From Nitrosopumilus sp. (GTDB lineage Archaea > Thermoproteota > Nitrososphaeria > Nitrososphaerales > Nitrosopumilaceae), in assembly GCA_028448965.1 (NCBI GenBank), contig JAONQT010000001.1, positions 1-60,528 of the forward strand: a stretch of 60,528 nucleotides of DNA. The letters are read 5' to 3'. Below, piece by piece: positions 38,730 through 48,568 of this stretch (position 1 is the first letter of the stretch; each line of letters begins with the position of its first letter). The notes beneath the pieces were generated by a model. That model was not told the DNA's origin. It was given only the letters and a program-made list of their open reading frames with translations, and made no database searches. The translations under genes and the position numbers were made by a program.

Positions 38730-40319
38730 TTGATGAATAAATTAGATCCACTAGAATCTAAAGCATATACTGAGATTACTCAAAATCTGCTAACGATTCA
38801 GGATCCAAGTAAAAAACAAGTAAAAGAAGAAATCATAAAAATTTGTACAAAATACTCATTAGATAGAATTCCAAAAAATTATGAAATATTATCAATGGCA
38901 AAAGAATCAGATTTTGATAAATTAAAAAAAGTTCTAATAAGAAAACCTGCAAAAACAGCATCAGGGGTATCAGTAGTAGCATTAATGCCAAAACCTTATG
39001 CATGTCCTCATGGAAGATGCACATATTGTCCAGGAGGAATTGAATCAAATTCTCCCAACAGCTATACAGGAAAAGAACCATCTTCATTAAATGCAATTGC
39101 AAATAAATTTGATCCTAAATTACAAATCACATCAAAAATTAAAAAATTAATTGCTTTTGGACATGATCCATCAAAAATGGAAATAGTGATTGTAGGAGGA
39201 ACTTTTCTATTTATGCCAAAAGATTATCAAAAAGATTTTATCAAATCATGTTATGATGCACAAAATGGAATAGACTCAAAGGATTTGGAAGAAGCAAAAT
39301 CCAACAATGAACATGCAGAAATAAGAAATGTAGGATTTACAATTGAAACTAAACCAGATTATTGTAAAAAAGAACATGTGAATTTAATGTTGAGTTATGG
39401 AATTACAAGAGTGGAAATTGGAGTTCAGTCATTACAAGAAAGAGTTTACAAAATTATCAATAGAGGGCATGATTATAATGATGTAACAGAATCATTTCAA
39501 ATTTCAAAAGATGCAGGGTACAAAATTGTTGCACATATGATGCCAGGGTTACCTACAATGACACCAGAAGGAGATATTGCAGATTTTAAGAAATTATTTT
39601 CAGATCCACAATTACGTCCAGACATGTTGAAAATTTATCCATCACTGGTTATTGAAAATACTCCACTTTATGAAGAATACAAGGAAGGAAAGTACACACC
39701 ATATTCAGATGAAGATATGATCAAAGTTTTAACAGAAGCAAAAAGAAATGTTCCAAAATGGGTCAGAATAATGAGAGTACAAAGAGAAATCACACCAGGA
39801 GAAATTATTGCAGGACCAAAAGCAGGAAACCTCAGACAAATTGTACATCAAAATCTTGCAAAACAAGGATTATCATGTAAATGTATTAGATGTAGAGAGG
39901 CAGGATTAACAAATAAAAAAACAGATAGAGGAGACGTAAAACTAAACAGAATAAATTATGATTCCTCAGGTGGGAAAGAGATTTTCTTGTCATATGAAGA
40001 TAAAAATGAATCAATTTACGGATTTTTGAGATTAAGAAAACCGAGTAATGAAGCACATAGAGATGAAATTAATGATGACACATGTATAGTCAGAGAAATT
40101 CATGTATATGGAAAATCATTGAAACTAGGAGAAAAAGAAACAGAAGAAATTCAACATTCAGGACTAGGAAAAAATTTGATGAAGGAGGCAGAAAAAATAT
40201 CTAAAGAAGAATTTGATGCAAAAAAAATACTAGTAATTAGTGCAGTAGGTACAAGAGAGTATTATCAAAAATTAGGGTATTCGTTATATGGGCCATACAT
40301 GTCCAAAATATTGAATTAG
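38730..40319 (+). CDS. elp3: tRNA uridine(34) acetyltransferase Elp3
   Basis: CPHGRCTYCPGG radical SAM plus GNAT domain (REIHVYG, QH.GLG, SAVGTREYY). Confidence 0.95.
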   Translation: MMNKLDPLESKAYTEITQNLLTIQDPSKKQVKEEIIKICTKYSLDRIPKNYEILSMAKESDFDKLKKVLIRKPAKTASGVSVVALMPKPYACPHGRCTYCPGGIESNSPNSYTGKEPSSLNAIANKFDPKLQITSKIKKLIAFGHDPSKMEIVIVGGTFLFMPKDYQKDFIKSCYDAQNGIDSKDLEEAKSNNEHAEIRNVGFTIETKPDYCKKEHVNLMLSYGITRVEIGVQSLQERVYKIINRGHDYNDVTESFQISKDAGYKIVAHMMPGLPTMTPEGDIADFKKLFSDPQLRPDMLKIYPSLVIENTPLYEEYKEGKYTPYSDEDMIKVLTEAKRNVPKWVRIMRVQREITPGEIIAGPKAGNLRQIVHQNLAKQGLSCKCIRCREAGLTNKKTDRGDVKLNRINYDSSGGKEIFLSYEDKNESIYGFLRLRKPSNEAHRDEINDDTCIVREIHVYGKSLKLGEKETEEIQHSGLGKNLMKEAEKISKEEFDAKKILVISAVGTREYYQKLGYSLYGPYMSKILN

Positions 40320-40328
40320 TGAAAAGAA

Positions 40329-41918
40329 ATGTCAGAAGAAAAAATTATTGGTAAAGGAACATGGATAGATAAATTAGCATCAGAATTAATTGAACGTGAA
40401 AAAAAAATAGGAAGAAATTTAGATCTAATAAGAGTAGAAAGCGGTTTAGGGGCATCAGGAATTCCACACATTGGAAGTTTAGGAGATGCAGTAAGAGCAT
40501 ACGGAGTAAAATTAGCATTAGAAAATCAAGGATACAAATCAGAATTAATTGCATATTCAGATGATCTAGATGGATTAAGAAAAGTTCCAGAAGGAATGCA
40601 AGAATTTGGTTTAGAAGAACATATTGGAAAACCAGTATCATTAATTCCAGACCCTTACGGATGTCATGATTCATACGGCATGCATATGAGCAGTATTCTT
40701 TTAGATGGATTAGAAAAAGTTGGAATAAAATATGAATTTAGAAGAGCCATAGACACATACAAACAAGGATTACTAAAAGATCATATTCATACAATATTAC
40801 AAAACAGTACAAAAATTGGAAATGCGATTTCAGAATTAGTAGGACAAGAAAAATATCAAAAATATTTACCATATTTTCCAGTTTGTGCAGAATGTAATCG
40901 ACTATACACTGCAGAATCTACAGAGTACATCAGTAATGAAAAGAAAGTCAAATACAAATGTCATGATACAGAAATTGGCTCAAAAATGATCAAAGGTTGC
41001 GGTCATGAAGGAGAAGCAGACATTACAAAAGATTTAGGAAAGCTAGCCTGGAAAGTAGAGTTTGCGGCACGTTGGTCTGCATTTGATATAAGATTTGAGG
41101 CATATGGAAAAGACATCATGGATTCAGTAAAAGTAAATGATTGGGTTGCAGATGAAATTTTACAAGTGCCACATCCACATCATGTAAAATATGAAATGTT
41201 TTTAGATAAAGGAGGAAAGAAAATTTCAAAATCATTAGGAAATGTAATTACAGCGCAAAAATGGTTAGAATTTGGAAATTCAAAATCAATTTTATTATTA
41301 CTGTACAAAAGAATTACAGGAGCTAGAGAATTAGGATTTGATGATATTCCAGGTTTAATGAATGAATATAATGAACTTGAAGACACATACTTTGGTAAAA
41401 TCAAAGTAGATAATCAAGCAAAACTAACTAAGTTAAAAGGACTATACGAATATGTCAATCTACTTAATCCACCAAAACAATCAAGCATTCATGTTAATTA
41501 CAGACTTTTAATTGAACTAACAAAAATTTTCAAGGAAGATAGAAATGAAAGAGTGATGAAGAAACTAATTGATTATGGTGTAATAAAAAATCCAGAACCA
41601 GAAATTGTAAAATTGATTGAAATTGCAGGAAATTACTCAGATGAATTTGATGAACAAGAAAAAACAGAAGTGAGTTTAGATGATATAGCAAAAAAGGCAT
41701 TAGGAATATTGGTTACAGCATTAGAAGAAGAAAAGGATCCTGAAGATATACAGAATACAATATATCAAATTGCGAAAGCAAATAATTTACAGCCAAAAGA
41801 TTTCTTTAAAATATTATATCAAATAATTCTTGGAACTTCCAGAGGTCCAAAAATAGGTCCATTCATTACAGATATTGGTAGAAAACAAGTTGCCAAAACA
41901 CTTTCAGAGTATCTATAA
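40329..41918 (+). CDS. lysS: lysine--tRNA ligase, class I
   Basis: SGIPHIGS, KISKSLGN, GPKIG. Confidence 0.96.
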   Translation: MSEEKIIGKGTWIDKLASELIEREKKIGRNLDLIRVESGLGASGIPHIGSLGDAVRAYGVKLALENQGYKSELIAYSDDLDGLRKVPEGMQEFGLEEHIGKPVSLIPDPYGCHDSYGMHMSSILLDGLEKVGIKYEFRRAIDTYKQGLLKDHIHTILQNSTKIGNAISELVGQEKYQKYLPYFPVCAECNRLYTAESTEYISNEKKVKYKCHDTEIGSKMIKGCGHEGEADITKDLGKLAWKVEFAARWSAFDIRFEAYGKDIMDSVKVNDWVADEILQVPHPHHVKYEMFLDKGGKKISKSLGNVITAQKWLEFGNSKSILLLLYKRITGARELGFDDIPGLMNEYNELEDTYFGKIKVDNQAKLTKLKGLYEYVNLLNPPKQSSIHVNYRLLIELTKIFKEDRNERVMKKLIDYGVIKNPEPEIVKLIEIAGNYSDEFDEQEKTEVSLDDIAKKALGILVTALEEEKDPEDIQNTIYQIAKANNLQPKDFFKILYQIILGTSRGPKIGPFITDIGRKQVAKTLSEYL

Positions 41919-41920
41919 TC

Positions 41921-42121
41921 ATGGTTCACGGAGAACATAACAAGAGTAGAAACAGTGGAGGGTTTGCACTAATAATTATGGGTGCATTAATGCTAATAAT
42001 AGGACCACAAGAGGCAATTGTTCCAAAAAGTCTGAGCGTAATAGTATGGGTTGGAGGAATAGCTATTGGTGGAATTGGATTTTATCTTAAATTTATCAGG
42101 AATAGAGTAAAATCCCAGTAA
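41921..42121 (+). CDS. small 2-TM protein
   Basis: Two hydrophobic segments; operonic spacing. Confidence 0.65.
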   Translation: MVHGEHNKSRNSGGFALIIMGALMLIIGPQEAIVPKSLSVIVWVGGIAIGGIGFYLKFIRNRVKSQ

Positions 42122-42158
42122 AGAAAGGTTCATCTTTTGGAAAAATATGTGAAGAATA

Positions 42159-42908
42159 ATGGGATTTTTTGGTAAAAAGAAAGAAGTAAAAATTGAGGAA
42201 AATGAGGAATTAGTTTTAAAAGAAAAATTAGAAACACAAGTAGAAAGCCTTCAAAATGAATTTAGGATAAAACAAGAAGGAATTATAAAAATTGAGGAAA
42301 AAATTCAAACAGTCAAAGAAGAGTACGATACGATAGTTAGTAATTTGATGTTAATCAAAAAAGAGTTTAATCAAAAAAAGATGGAATTAGATGTAGTACA
42401 AAGAGAATACAGAGAAATAAGAGAGAAAATTAAAAATTCTGAACAAATTAAAGATACAAAATCAATCAATGAGTATAATAAAACTGAAAAAGAATTCAAA
42501 AAGATAAAAGAAGAATTAGATAAAATGATAAAAGAACATAATCAGATTAAAGAGCAAATTATGAAAGGGCAATCATCATTATACGGAATAAGAAAGCAGC
42601 AAGTAGAAGTTGGAAAAGAATTGGATGAAGCAAATTCTAGATTATACAACGCTAAGGAAGAATTAGATAAAAAAGATCAATTTCAAGATACAAGTATTTT
42701 AACATCAAAAGAAAAAAAAGATATCAAAGGAGAAAATCCTAGTGAAAAAACTAATGCAGGGATAATAGAGGCAGCAAGTGTAGTTGTAGGATCCTTAAAA
42801 TCAAAATTAACCATAACACAAAAAGAATTAGAGGAAATACAAGGGCTTTTAGAAGAAGAGAGAGAAGCACATAAGAAAACAAGACAGGAATTGATGAAAA
42901 GAAGTTGA
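42159..42908 (+). CDS. coiled-coil protein
   Basis: MGFFGKK start, long E/K heptad repeats. Confidence 0.8.
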   Translation: MGFFGKKKEVKIEENEELVLKEKLETQVESLQNEFRIKQEGIIKIEEKIQTVKEEYDTIVSNLMLIKKEFNQKKMELDVVQREYREIREKIKNSEQIKDTKSINEYNKTEKEFKKIKEELDKMIKEHNQIKEQIMKGQSSLYGIRKQQVEVGKELDEANSRLYNAKEELDKKDQFQDTSILTSKEKKDIKGENPSEKTNAGIIEAASVVVGSLKSKLTITQKELEEIQGLLEEEREAHKKTRQELMKRS

Positions 42909-42921
42909 AGTTGGAAACTAT

Positions 42922-44166
42922 ATGGCAGAACCTCCAGGAATTTTTATTGGTAGAGGAGAACATCCGCTAAGAGGCAAATGGAAACCAAGAGTTACAGCAA
43001 AAGACGTTACACTAAACCTAGGAAAAGATGCAAAAGAACCAGTAGGAAGTTGGGGTAAAATTATTCATGACAATGATTCAATGTGGTTAGCAAGCTGGAT
43101 GGATTTTCTTACACAGAAAAGAAAGTATGTATGGCTTGCAGATACTGCAGGGCTAAAACAAGATAGAGACAAGGAAAAATATGAGAAAGCAGTCAAACTT
43201 GGAAATGAAATTGAAAAAATAAAGGATAGAATCGTTAAGGACATGAAAAGTAAGGATCCTAAAATTAACAAAATATCTACGGCATGCTATTTGATTTACA
43301 GAACTGCCATGAGGGTAGGAGACGAAAAGGACCCAGACGAGGCAGATACAGTAGGCGCAACAACTCTCAGAAAAGAGCACATCAAAATTACAGCAAATAC
43401 AATTGAGTTTGATTTTTTAGGTAAGGATAGTGTCAGATGGCAAGAAACAGTCGTAGCTGAAGGTCATGACAAGCAATTCCATGAAAATCTTAAAAAAATA
43501 ATTGAAAAGAAAAAACCTAAGGAGGAAATTTTTGAAGACATCACATCAAGACACGTTAATCAATACTATTCAGGAATTGTAAAGGGGCTAACTGCCAAGG
43601 TGTTTAGGACATATCTTGCAACAACAGTTGTTAAAAAATATCTAGTAGAACATGACAACATAAAGGGAAAAACAGCAAATGAAAAATTATACCATGCCAA
43701 GTTAGCAAACTTAGAAGCTGCTATGATGTGTAACCACAAAAGAACAATTCCTAAAACATATGAACTAACATTACAAAAGAAACGAGACACGCTCAAAAAA
43801 GTTGAAAAAGAACAAGTCTGGAAAAAAACTCAAGAGACTCTCATAAAAGTTGAATCAAAGGAAACAAAAACAGACACTCAAAAGAAAAATAAAACAAAGA
43901 GAATAAAGACGCTAAATGAACAGATCAAGAAACAAAAATCAAAACACAAAGAAAGGCTACAAAAATTAGAACTTCAATTAGACTTGTCAGAAAAAACCAA
44001 AGACTATGCAATTGGAACGTCCCTTAGAAACTACATAGATCCACGTGTTTTCAAAGCATGGACTGATGAAGTTGGAGCTGAATGGGAGAAATTATACACT
44101 GCAGCATTACAAAAGAAATTCCTCTGGGTAAAAAATGAGGACGTGGAATGGAAGAATCTAAAATAA
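42922..44166 (+). CDS. DNA topoisomerase IB, apparently N-terminally truncated
   Basis: EPPGIFIGRGEHP, MRVGDEK, FDFLGKDS, AKVFRTY, CNH, TSLRNYIDPR; all catalytic residues present. Confidence 0.92.
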   Translation: MAEPPGIFIGRGEHPLRGKWKPRVTAKDVTLNLGKDAKEPVGSWGKIIHDNDSMWLASWMDFLTQKRKYVWLADTAGLKQDRDKEKYEKAVKLGNEIEKIKDRIVKDMKSKDPKINKISTACYLIYRTAMRVGDEKDPDEADTVGATTLRKEHIKITANTIEFDFLGKDSVRWQETVVAEGHDKQFHENLKKIIEKKKPKEEIFEDITSRHVNQYYSGIVKGLTAKVFRTYLATTVVKKYLVEHDNIKGKTANEKLYHAKLANLEAAMMCNHKRTIPKTYELTLQKKRDTLKKVEKEQVWKKTQETLIKVESKETKTDTQKKNKTKRIKTLNEQIKKQKSKHKERLQKLELQLDLSEKTKDYAIGTSLRNYIDPRVFKAWTDEVGAEWEKLYTAALQKKFLWVKNEDVEWKNLK

Positions 44167-44253
44167 AATTCAGATATCATTAAAATCAAAAAATAAGACA
44201 TAATTTAGCACCGTAGAATCATTTAATTTCCCATATTTTTCACCATATAGTAT

Positions 44254-44368
44254 GCCGGGGTAGCTCAGCCTGGTTAGAGTGCCAGTTCAATTGGTAAACT
44301 CTAACGGTTCTCCAACTAAGGCAATACTCATAATCTGGAGGTCGCGAGTTCGAAACTCGCCCCCGGCA
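44254..44368 (+). tRNA. tRNA-Met(CAT), elongator-type, with a 40-nt intron (44286-44325) at position 30/31
   Basis: GCCGGGG/CCCCGGC acceptor stem; removing the intron restores CCAGA-CT-CAT-AA-TCTGG; relaxed BHB with UGCC/GGCA helix. Confidence 0.9.
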
Positions 44369-44432
44369 CACAGATTATTTTAAAAATCTTAAGATGGGGG
44401 TTTCTATGAAAAATTTTAAGATAATTTCAGGT

Positions 44433-44876
44433 CTAAGAGTAGTATTCTTTGAATCCTTTTTCAGTTGGTACTAATTCAGTCTTCATACCAAATAATCCAG
44501 ATTTTTGTTGGGCTTTCATTAATCCATTACTTTCCAAGTCCTCTAAAATGGAATTTAGTTCCTCAGTAGTTAGTCCAGTATTTTTTTGAATGTTTTCAAA
44601 TGATCTCATTCCTCTGTGTAGTTCACCTAAAACTAGCATGTTTTTGGTTTGAGGTTTTGAAGATTTTGGAGGTTCCTGAAATTCAGTAGTGTTTGATTCA
44701 AACTGTTCATCAGACTGTTTTTCAAACCTGCCAAAATCAGAACCGTATTGTCTTTCAGAGATTTCCTGAGACTCAATTCCACCGGATTTGAATTTCTTCA
44801 AAACACGAGGTAAAATACGTGCCAATGGAACCATTAGGAAAATTATCAAGTAAATCCATGAAAAGTCTGCTTCCAT
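44433..44876 (-). CDS. membrane-anchored protein with C-terminal winged HTH
   Basis: Probable start MEADFSW; TM segment, acidic linker, FENIQKNTGL..EL..IL..LE..GL...TEKG. Confidence 0.75.
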   Translation of the reverse strand: MEADFSWIYLIIFLMVPLARILPRVLKKFKSGGIESQEISERQYGSDFGRFEKQSDEQFESNTTEFQEPPKSSKPQTKNMLVLGELHRGMRSFENIQKNTGLTTEELNSILEDLESNGLMKAQQKSGLFGMKTELVPTEKGFKEYYS

Positions 44877-44981
44877 AATACTACTAAGAATAAACAAGAT
44901 AAATCTGTTGAGTATGGTCATTGCATAGTTCAAGAACAAAATTATGATGGGTATAATAATAGGAGAAATCGAGTATAGAAG

Positions 44982-45845
44982 ATGTCAAAGTATCAATCAA
45001 ATCCAGTTAAAGTAAACATGAGTGCAGCAAAAATAGTTCTTGCAGCAATTATTGTTCTAATTATCATTGGAGTTGTAGCTTCAGCATCAGTAAAAATTGT
45101 AGAATCAGGTAACAGAGGAGTACTCACACATTGGAGTGCTGTAGATATAACAGCATCACCGCTTGCTGAAGGTATTCACTTTGTCGTTCCATTTCAAGAT
45201 GAAGTAGTTCAAGTTGAAGTTCGTACACTAAAGTATGATAAAGAAACTAGAAGTGCATCAAAAGATCTTCAAACAGTTCAAACAACAGTAACTGTAAACT
45301 ATCAAGCAGATGGAACAAAAGTTAACTATCTTTACAAGGAAATAGGATTAGATTATGAAAATAGGGTTATTGGACCAGCAGTTGAAGAAACAGTAAAACA
45401 AGTTACTGCAAATTATAATGCAGAAGAATTAATTACAAAAAGACCATTAGTTAAGGGAGATATTGAAAATGCAATCAGAGACAGATTAAATCAATTCTAT
45501 GTTAACACAGAAGTAATTTCAATTACAGACTTTGAGTTTTCACCATTATTTGCGAAAGCAATTGAATCTAAAGTAGAAGCAGAGCAAAAAGCCCAAAAAG
45601 CAGAAAATGATCTGATTAGAATCGAAGTAGAAGCAAGACAATTAGAAGCTCAAGCAGTAGGTTTAGCAGCAGCAAACGTTGCAGAAGCACAAGGTGAAGC
45701 AGAGGCAATTTCAATTATCAATGACGCATTGTCAAATAATCCATTCTACATAGAATGGCTAAAGACCCAAGCATGGGATGGTAAACTTCCACTAGTAGTA
45801 GGAGAAGGTAGCACACCGTTTATCTCAATTCCAACTACACCATAA
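44982..45845 (+). CDS. prohibitin/SPFH (band 7) family protein
   Basis: EGIHFVVP, SKDLQ, AEELITKR, FAKAIE.K..AEQ, WDGKLP. Confidence 0.93.
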   Translation: MSKYQSNPVKVNMSAAKIVLAAIIVLIIIGVVASASVKIVESGNRGVLTHWSAVDITASPLAEGIHFVVPFQDEVVQVEVRTLKYDKETRSASKDLQTVQTTVTVNYQADGTKVNYLYKEIGLDYENRVIGPAVEETVKQVTANYNAEELITKRPLVKGDIENAIRDRLNQFYVNTEVISITDFEFSPLFAKAIESKVEAEQKAQKAENDLIRIEVEARQLEAQAVGLAAANVAEAQGEAEAISIINDALSNNPFYIEWLKTQAWDGKLPLVVGEGSTPFISIPTTP

Positions 45846-45900
45846 AATAACTAAGTAGAAATTATTTTTATCATAAAATAACTAAGTAGGAATTATTTTT
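45841..45900. repeat. 29-bp tandem duplication with 31-bp period between convergent genes
   Basis: CATAAAATAACTAAGTAG(A/G)AATTATTTTT at 45841 and 45872. Confidence 0.9.
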
Positions 45901-46195
45901 CTTTATTTTTATCGTTATCTCTAATTGCATCATACATTGCTAGAAATTGTTCTGGTTCATTTTTTGTATAATTTTTTTCAAGTTTCTGAATTTCTTGAGG
46001 AGACAATGGCTCTCCTTTATTCTCATAATATTCTTTAATTATTTGAGAAGGGGTCTTGTCAATATTGTATTTTTCAAGTGTTTGAGTTATTGATCGTTTA
46101 GATAACATATTTTGTAATAATAATTTGTATACTAGATATGAACAAAGTGCAATTACAGTGACTACCAAAATAGGTATTATGATAACAGGTGCCAT
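45893..46195 (-). CDS. single-TM hypothetical protein
   Basis: N-terminal hydrophobic helix plus soluble domain. Confidence 0.75.
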   Translation of the reverse strand: MAPVIIIPILVVTVIALCSYLVYKLLLQNMLSKRSITQTLEKYNIDKTPSQIIKEYYENKGEPLSPQEIQKLEKNYTKNEPEQFLAMYDAIRDNDKNKEK

Positions 46196-46310
46196 ACAAT
46201 ACTAAGGGACAATTGCATATTTCATTGTTATTCTTTTTCCAGTAGTAGGAAATTTCTTTTTAAGAAAATCAAGTTAATGTTAAATGTAGTATTTTGATAT
46301 TTTAAACGAA

Positions 46311-47507
46311 TTGGGAGAATTTCAAGAGTTTACTGACGCGTTATTTGGGCAATTATCAGTTGAAATTGATGAAGAAAAAGAAATTATCAAATTAGCAAGT
46401 AGGGCCAACGACGACATAGGCCAAAAAGTGAAATTTGATGCCTTGGAGGACATTGCAAAAGATGTTTTCTCCAATTATAAAACTAAAGTAGAAGAATTTC
46501 TAGGTGTAAAAGTACCAGAAGACATTGATTTAAAATTCCCAGAATTAACAGATTTGAAAAGATTGAAAGGTGAAAAAGTATTTGCAGACAAAGAATCTAA
46601 AGAATTTGTAACTGAATTATTCAATGCCGTTGCAAAAGAGGACAAAACAAAGATTGCAGAATTAATGCAACAAGATACAGCTAAATATTTTGTATATTCT
46701 ACATATGCAATTCAATATATTTCCAAAATTACAACAACGTATGGGGATTATCTAGATTCAACCATTTATTTGAATAAATTTATTCTATCAAGATATCCAG
46801 AAATAATTCTTCACAAGCAAGGAGAACCGTATGAATTAAATTTTGATAATGTGAATTCGGGATACATAGGAGCGGTAAAAATGACAGTAATTGAAGAATT
46901 GATTCATGCTGCTCAAGAAAATCTACAACAAGTAAATAAAAATGCGGCAATTGAGGTAAATAAAATAAATGAAGAGTTAGCAGGTATTATTTTATCATTG
47001 GATACTGAAACAGTTAACAAACTTTCAGAATATTGTCAATTACAAGCTGTGCCAGATGATTTTCCATTTGCAAAAAAAGCAAACCTATTTTTCTTTTTGA
47101 ATCCAGATCATTTTTTAATTGAACAAATAGGTCCAGATGTAATGACATTTACTCATGTACAAATAGATCCAAAAATAGGAGAATCAATTCCTCAACTTTT
47201 AGATATTTACAAAAAATGGCTAGTTCCAATACAACAACATCATGCAGCATTTACAGCAATGGAAGGAATGGCAGCTTTTGCAATTGAAAGTATCTTGAAA
47301 GAGGATAAAGATTTTCAAAATTATTTAACTACCTTTATGGGCACTGATTTTTCAGCATATCAAGTGAGAAAAAGCATGGGAAAAGACTTTACAAAAACAG
47401 CATATGAAAAATTAGGCACAAAGACATTCAAGAAAATGATTGAAGTTCCTCCAAATACAAAAGAATTGAAGGATCCTCAATTATATCTAAAAAAACTGAG
47501 TTATTAA
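46311..47507 (+). CDS. hypothetical protein, possible zincin-like fold
   Basis: EELIHAAQ and downstream MEGMA resemble the HExxH...EG.A pattern. Confidence 0.75.
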   Translation: MGEFQEFTDALFGQLSVEIDEEKEIIKLASRANDDIGQKVKFDALEDIAKDVFSNYKTKVEEFLGVKVPEDIDLKFPELTDLKRLKGEKVFADKESKEFVTELFNAVAKEDKTKIAELMQQDTAKYFVYSTYAIQYISKITTTYGDYLDSTIYLNKFILSRYPEIILHKQGEPYELNFDNVNSGYIGAVKMTVIEELIHAAQENLQQVNKNAAIEVNKINEELAGIILSLDTETVNKLSEYCQLQAVPDDFPFAKKANLFFFLNPDHFLIEQIGPDVMTFTHVQIDPKIGESIPQLLDIYKKWLVPIQQHHAAFTAMEGMAAFAIESILKEDKDFQNYLTTFMGTDFSAYQVRKSMGKDFTKTAYEKLGTKTFKKMIEVPPNTKELKDPQLYLKKLSY

Positions 47508-47510
47508 TAA

Positions 47511-48329
47511 TTGAGTGAAAAATTTGACCCATTAGTTGCAGAATGGATATCATTTGTAAAGAATCCAAACTTCAACATAGTTGAAAAATGTCTTAAATTT
47601 TCACAATTAATAGAATATCCAGATTTACAAGTTGATGAATATATTAAAAAAATTAATCAAATTGGAATGTCATTAAAGGAATCAATTAGTGATGTAAAAA
47701 ATCCCACATACCTTATTTCAATGCTAAATGAACATCTCTTTGAAAATTTAGGTTATGGTGGAGATGGTGATGATTACTATAATCCAAAAAATAATTTTCT
47801 AAATGAAGTAATAGATAAAAAAACAGGTTTGCCAATTACAGTATCCATCCTTTATGTTGAAATTGCAAAATTTATTGGGTTAGATCTTAAAATTGTAGGA
47901 TTTCCAAGTCACATATTAGTAAAATATAATGAAGAAATGATATTGGATCCATTTTATGATGGACGTTTATTAGATATTGAGGATCTGCAAGAAATCTTAG
48001 ATGCAAATTTTGGAGGAGAATTAGAATTCAAACCAGAATTTTTGGATGAAGTAAAATCAGAACAAATTCTCATAAGGATGGTTCGTAATTTAAAAAATTC
48101 CTACATACAATCATTTGTTTATGATAAAGCATTACGTTGTGTAAATATGTCATTAGCAATTGAGCCAGAGTCTCCAGAAGATATTAGAGATAAAGGAATT
48201 TTAGAACAAAGATTACTAAATTCGGAAAAGGCATTAGAGTATTTGAATAAATATTTAGAAATAAATCCTAATGCGGAAGATGTAGATTTTATTTTAGAAT
48301 TAATTAGAAGTATAAAGACAGAAAATTAA
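47511..48329 (+). CDS. SirB1/transglutaminase-like protein with TPR
   Basis: YYNPKN.FL..VI..KTGLPI, GFPSH, DPF..G, RM..NLK..Y, RDKG. Confidence 0.9.
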   Translation: MSEKFDPLVAEWISFVKNPNFNIVEKCLKFSQLIEYPDLQVDEYIKKINQIGMSLKESISDVKNPTYLISMLNEHLFENLGYGGDGDDYYNPKNNFLNEVIDKKTGLPITVSILYVEIAKFIGLDLKIVGFPSHILVKYNEEMILDPFYDGRLLDIEDLQEILDANFGGELEFKPEFLDEVKSEQILIRMVRNLKNSYIQSFVYDKALRCVNMSLAIEPESPEDIRDKGILEQRLLNSEKALEYLNKYLEINPNAEDVDFILELIRSIKTEN

Positions 48330-48496
48330 TCAATTATAGAATCAACATCTTTGCCTTCTTTAATCATAGATATTTCATGACGAGCAAGCTTATTTCGAAA
48401 TGCTCTTTTTATAATATCTAATTCACTTCTAAGCAGTGCAATTTCATCTTCAAGTTTTGCAACTCGCTCATAAATGGTTTCAGCATCTGTACTCAT
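48326..48496 (-). CDS. 56-aa coiled-coil microprotein (MSTDAETIYERVAKLEDEIALLRSELDIIK...)
   Basis: Translated by hand; leucine-zipper-like heptads. Confidence 0.7.
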   Translation of the reverse strand: MSTDAETIYERVAKLEDEIALLRSELDIIKRAFRNKLARHEISMIKEGKDVDSIID

Positions 48497-48568
48497 AATG
48501 AATTATGAATAAAAAATTGTCTTAAAAAGTTATGGGTGAATAATTTGATTTGTTATGTAATTTTTAAA

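Noticed and set aside
44286-44325. Intron text GGTAAACTCTAACGGTTCT resembling 23S rRNA helix 69
   Set aside because: Short, gapped similarity recalled from memory; not distinguishable from chance.
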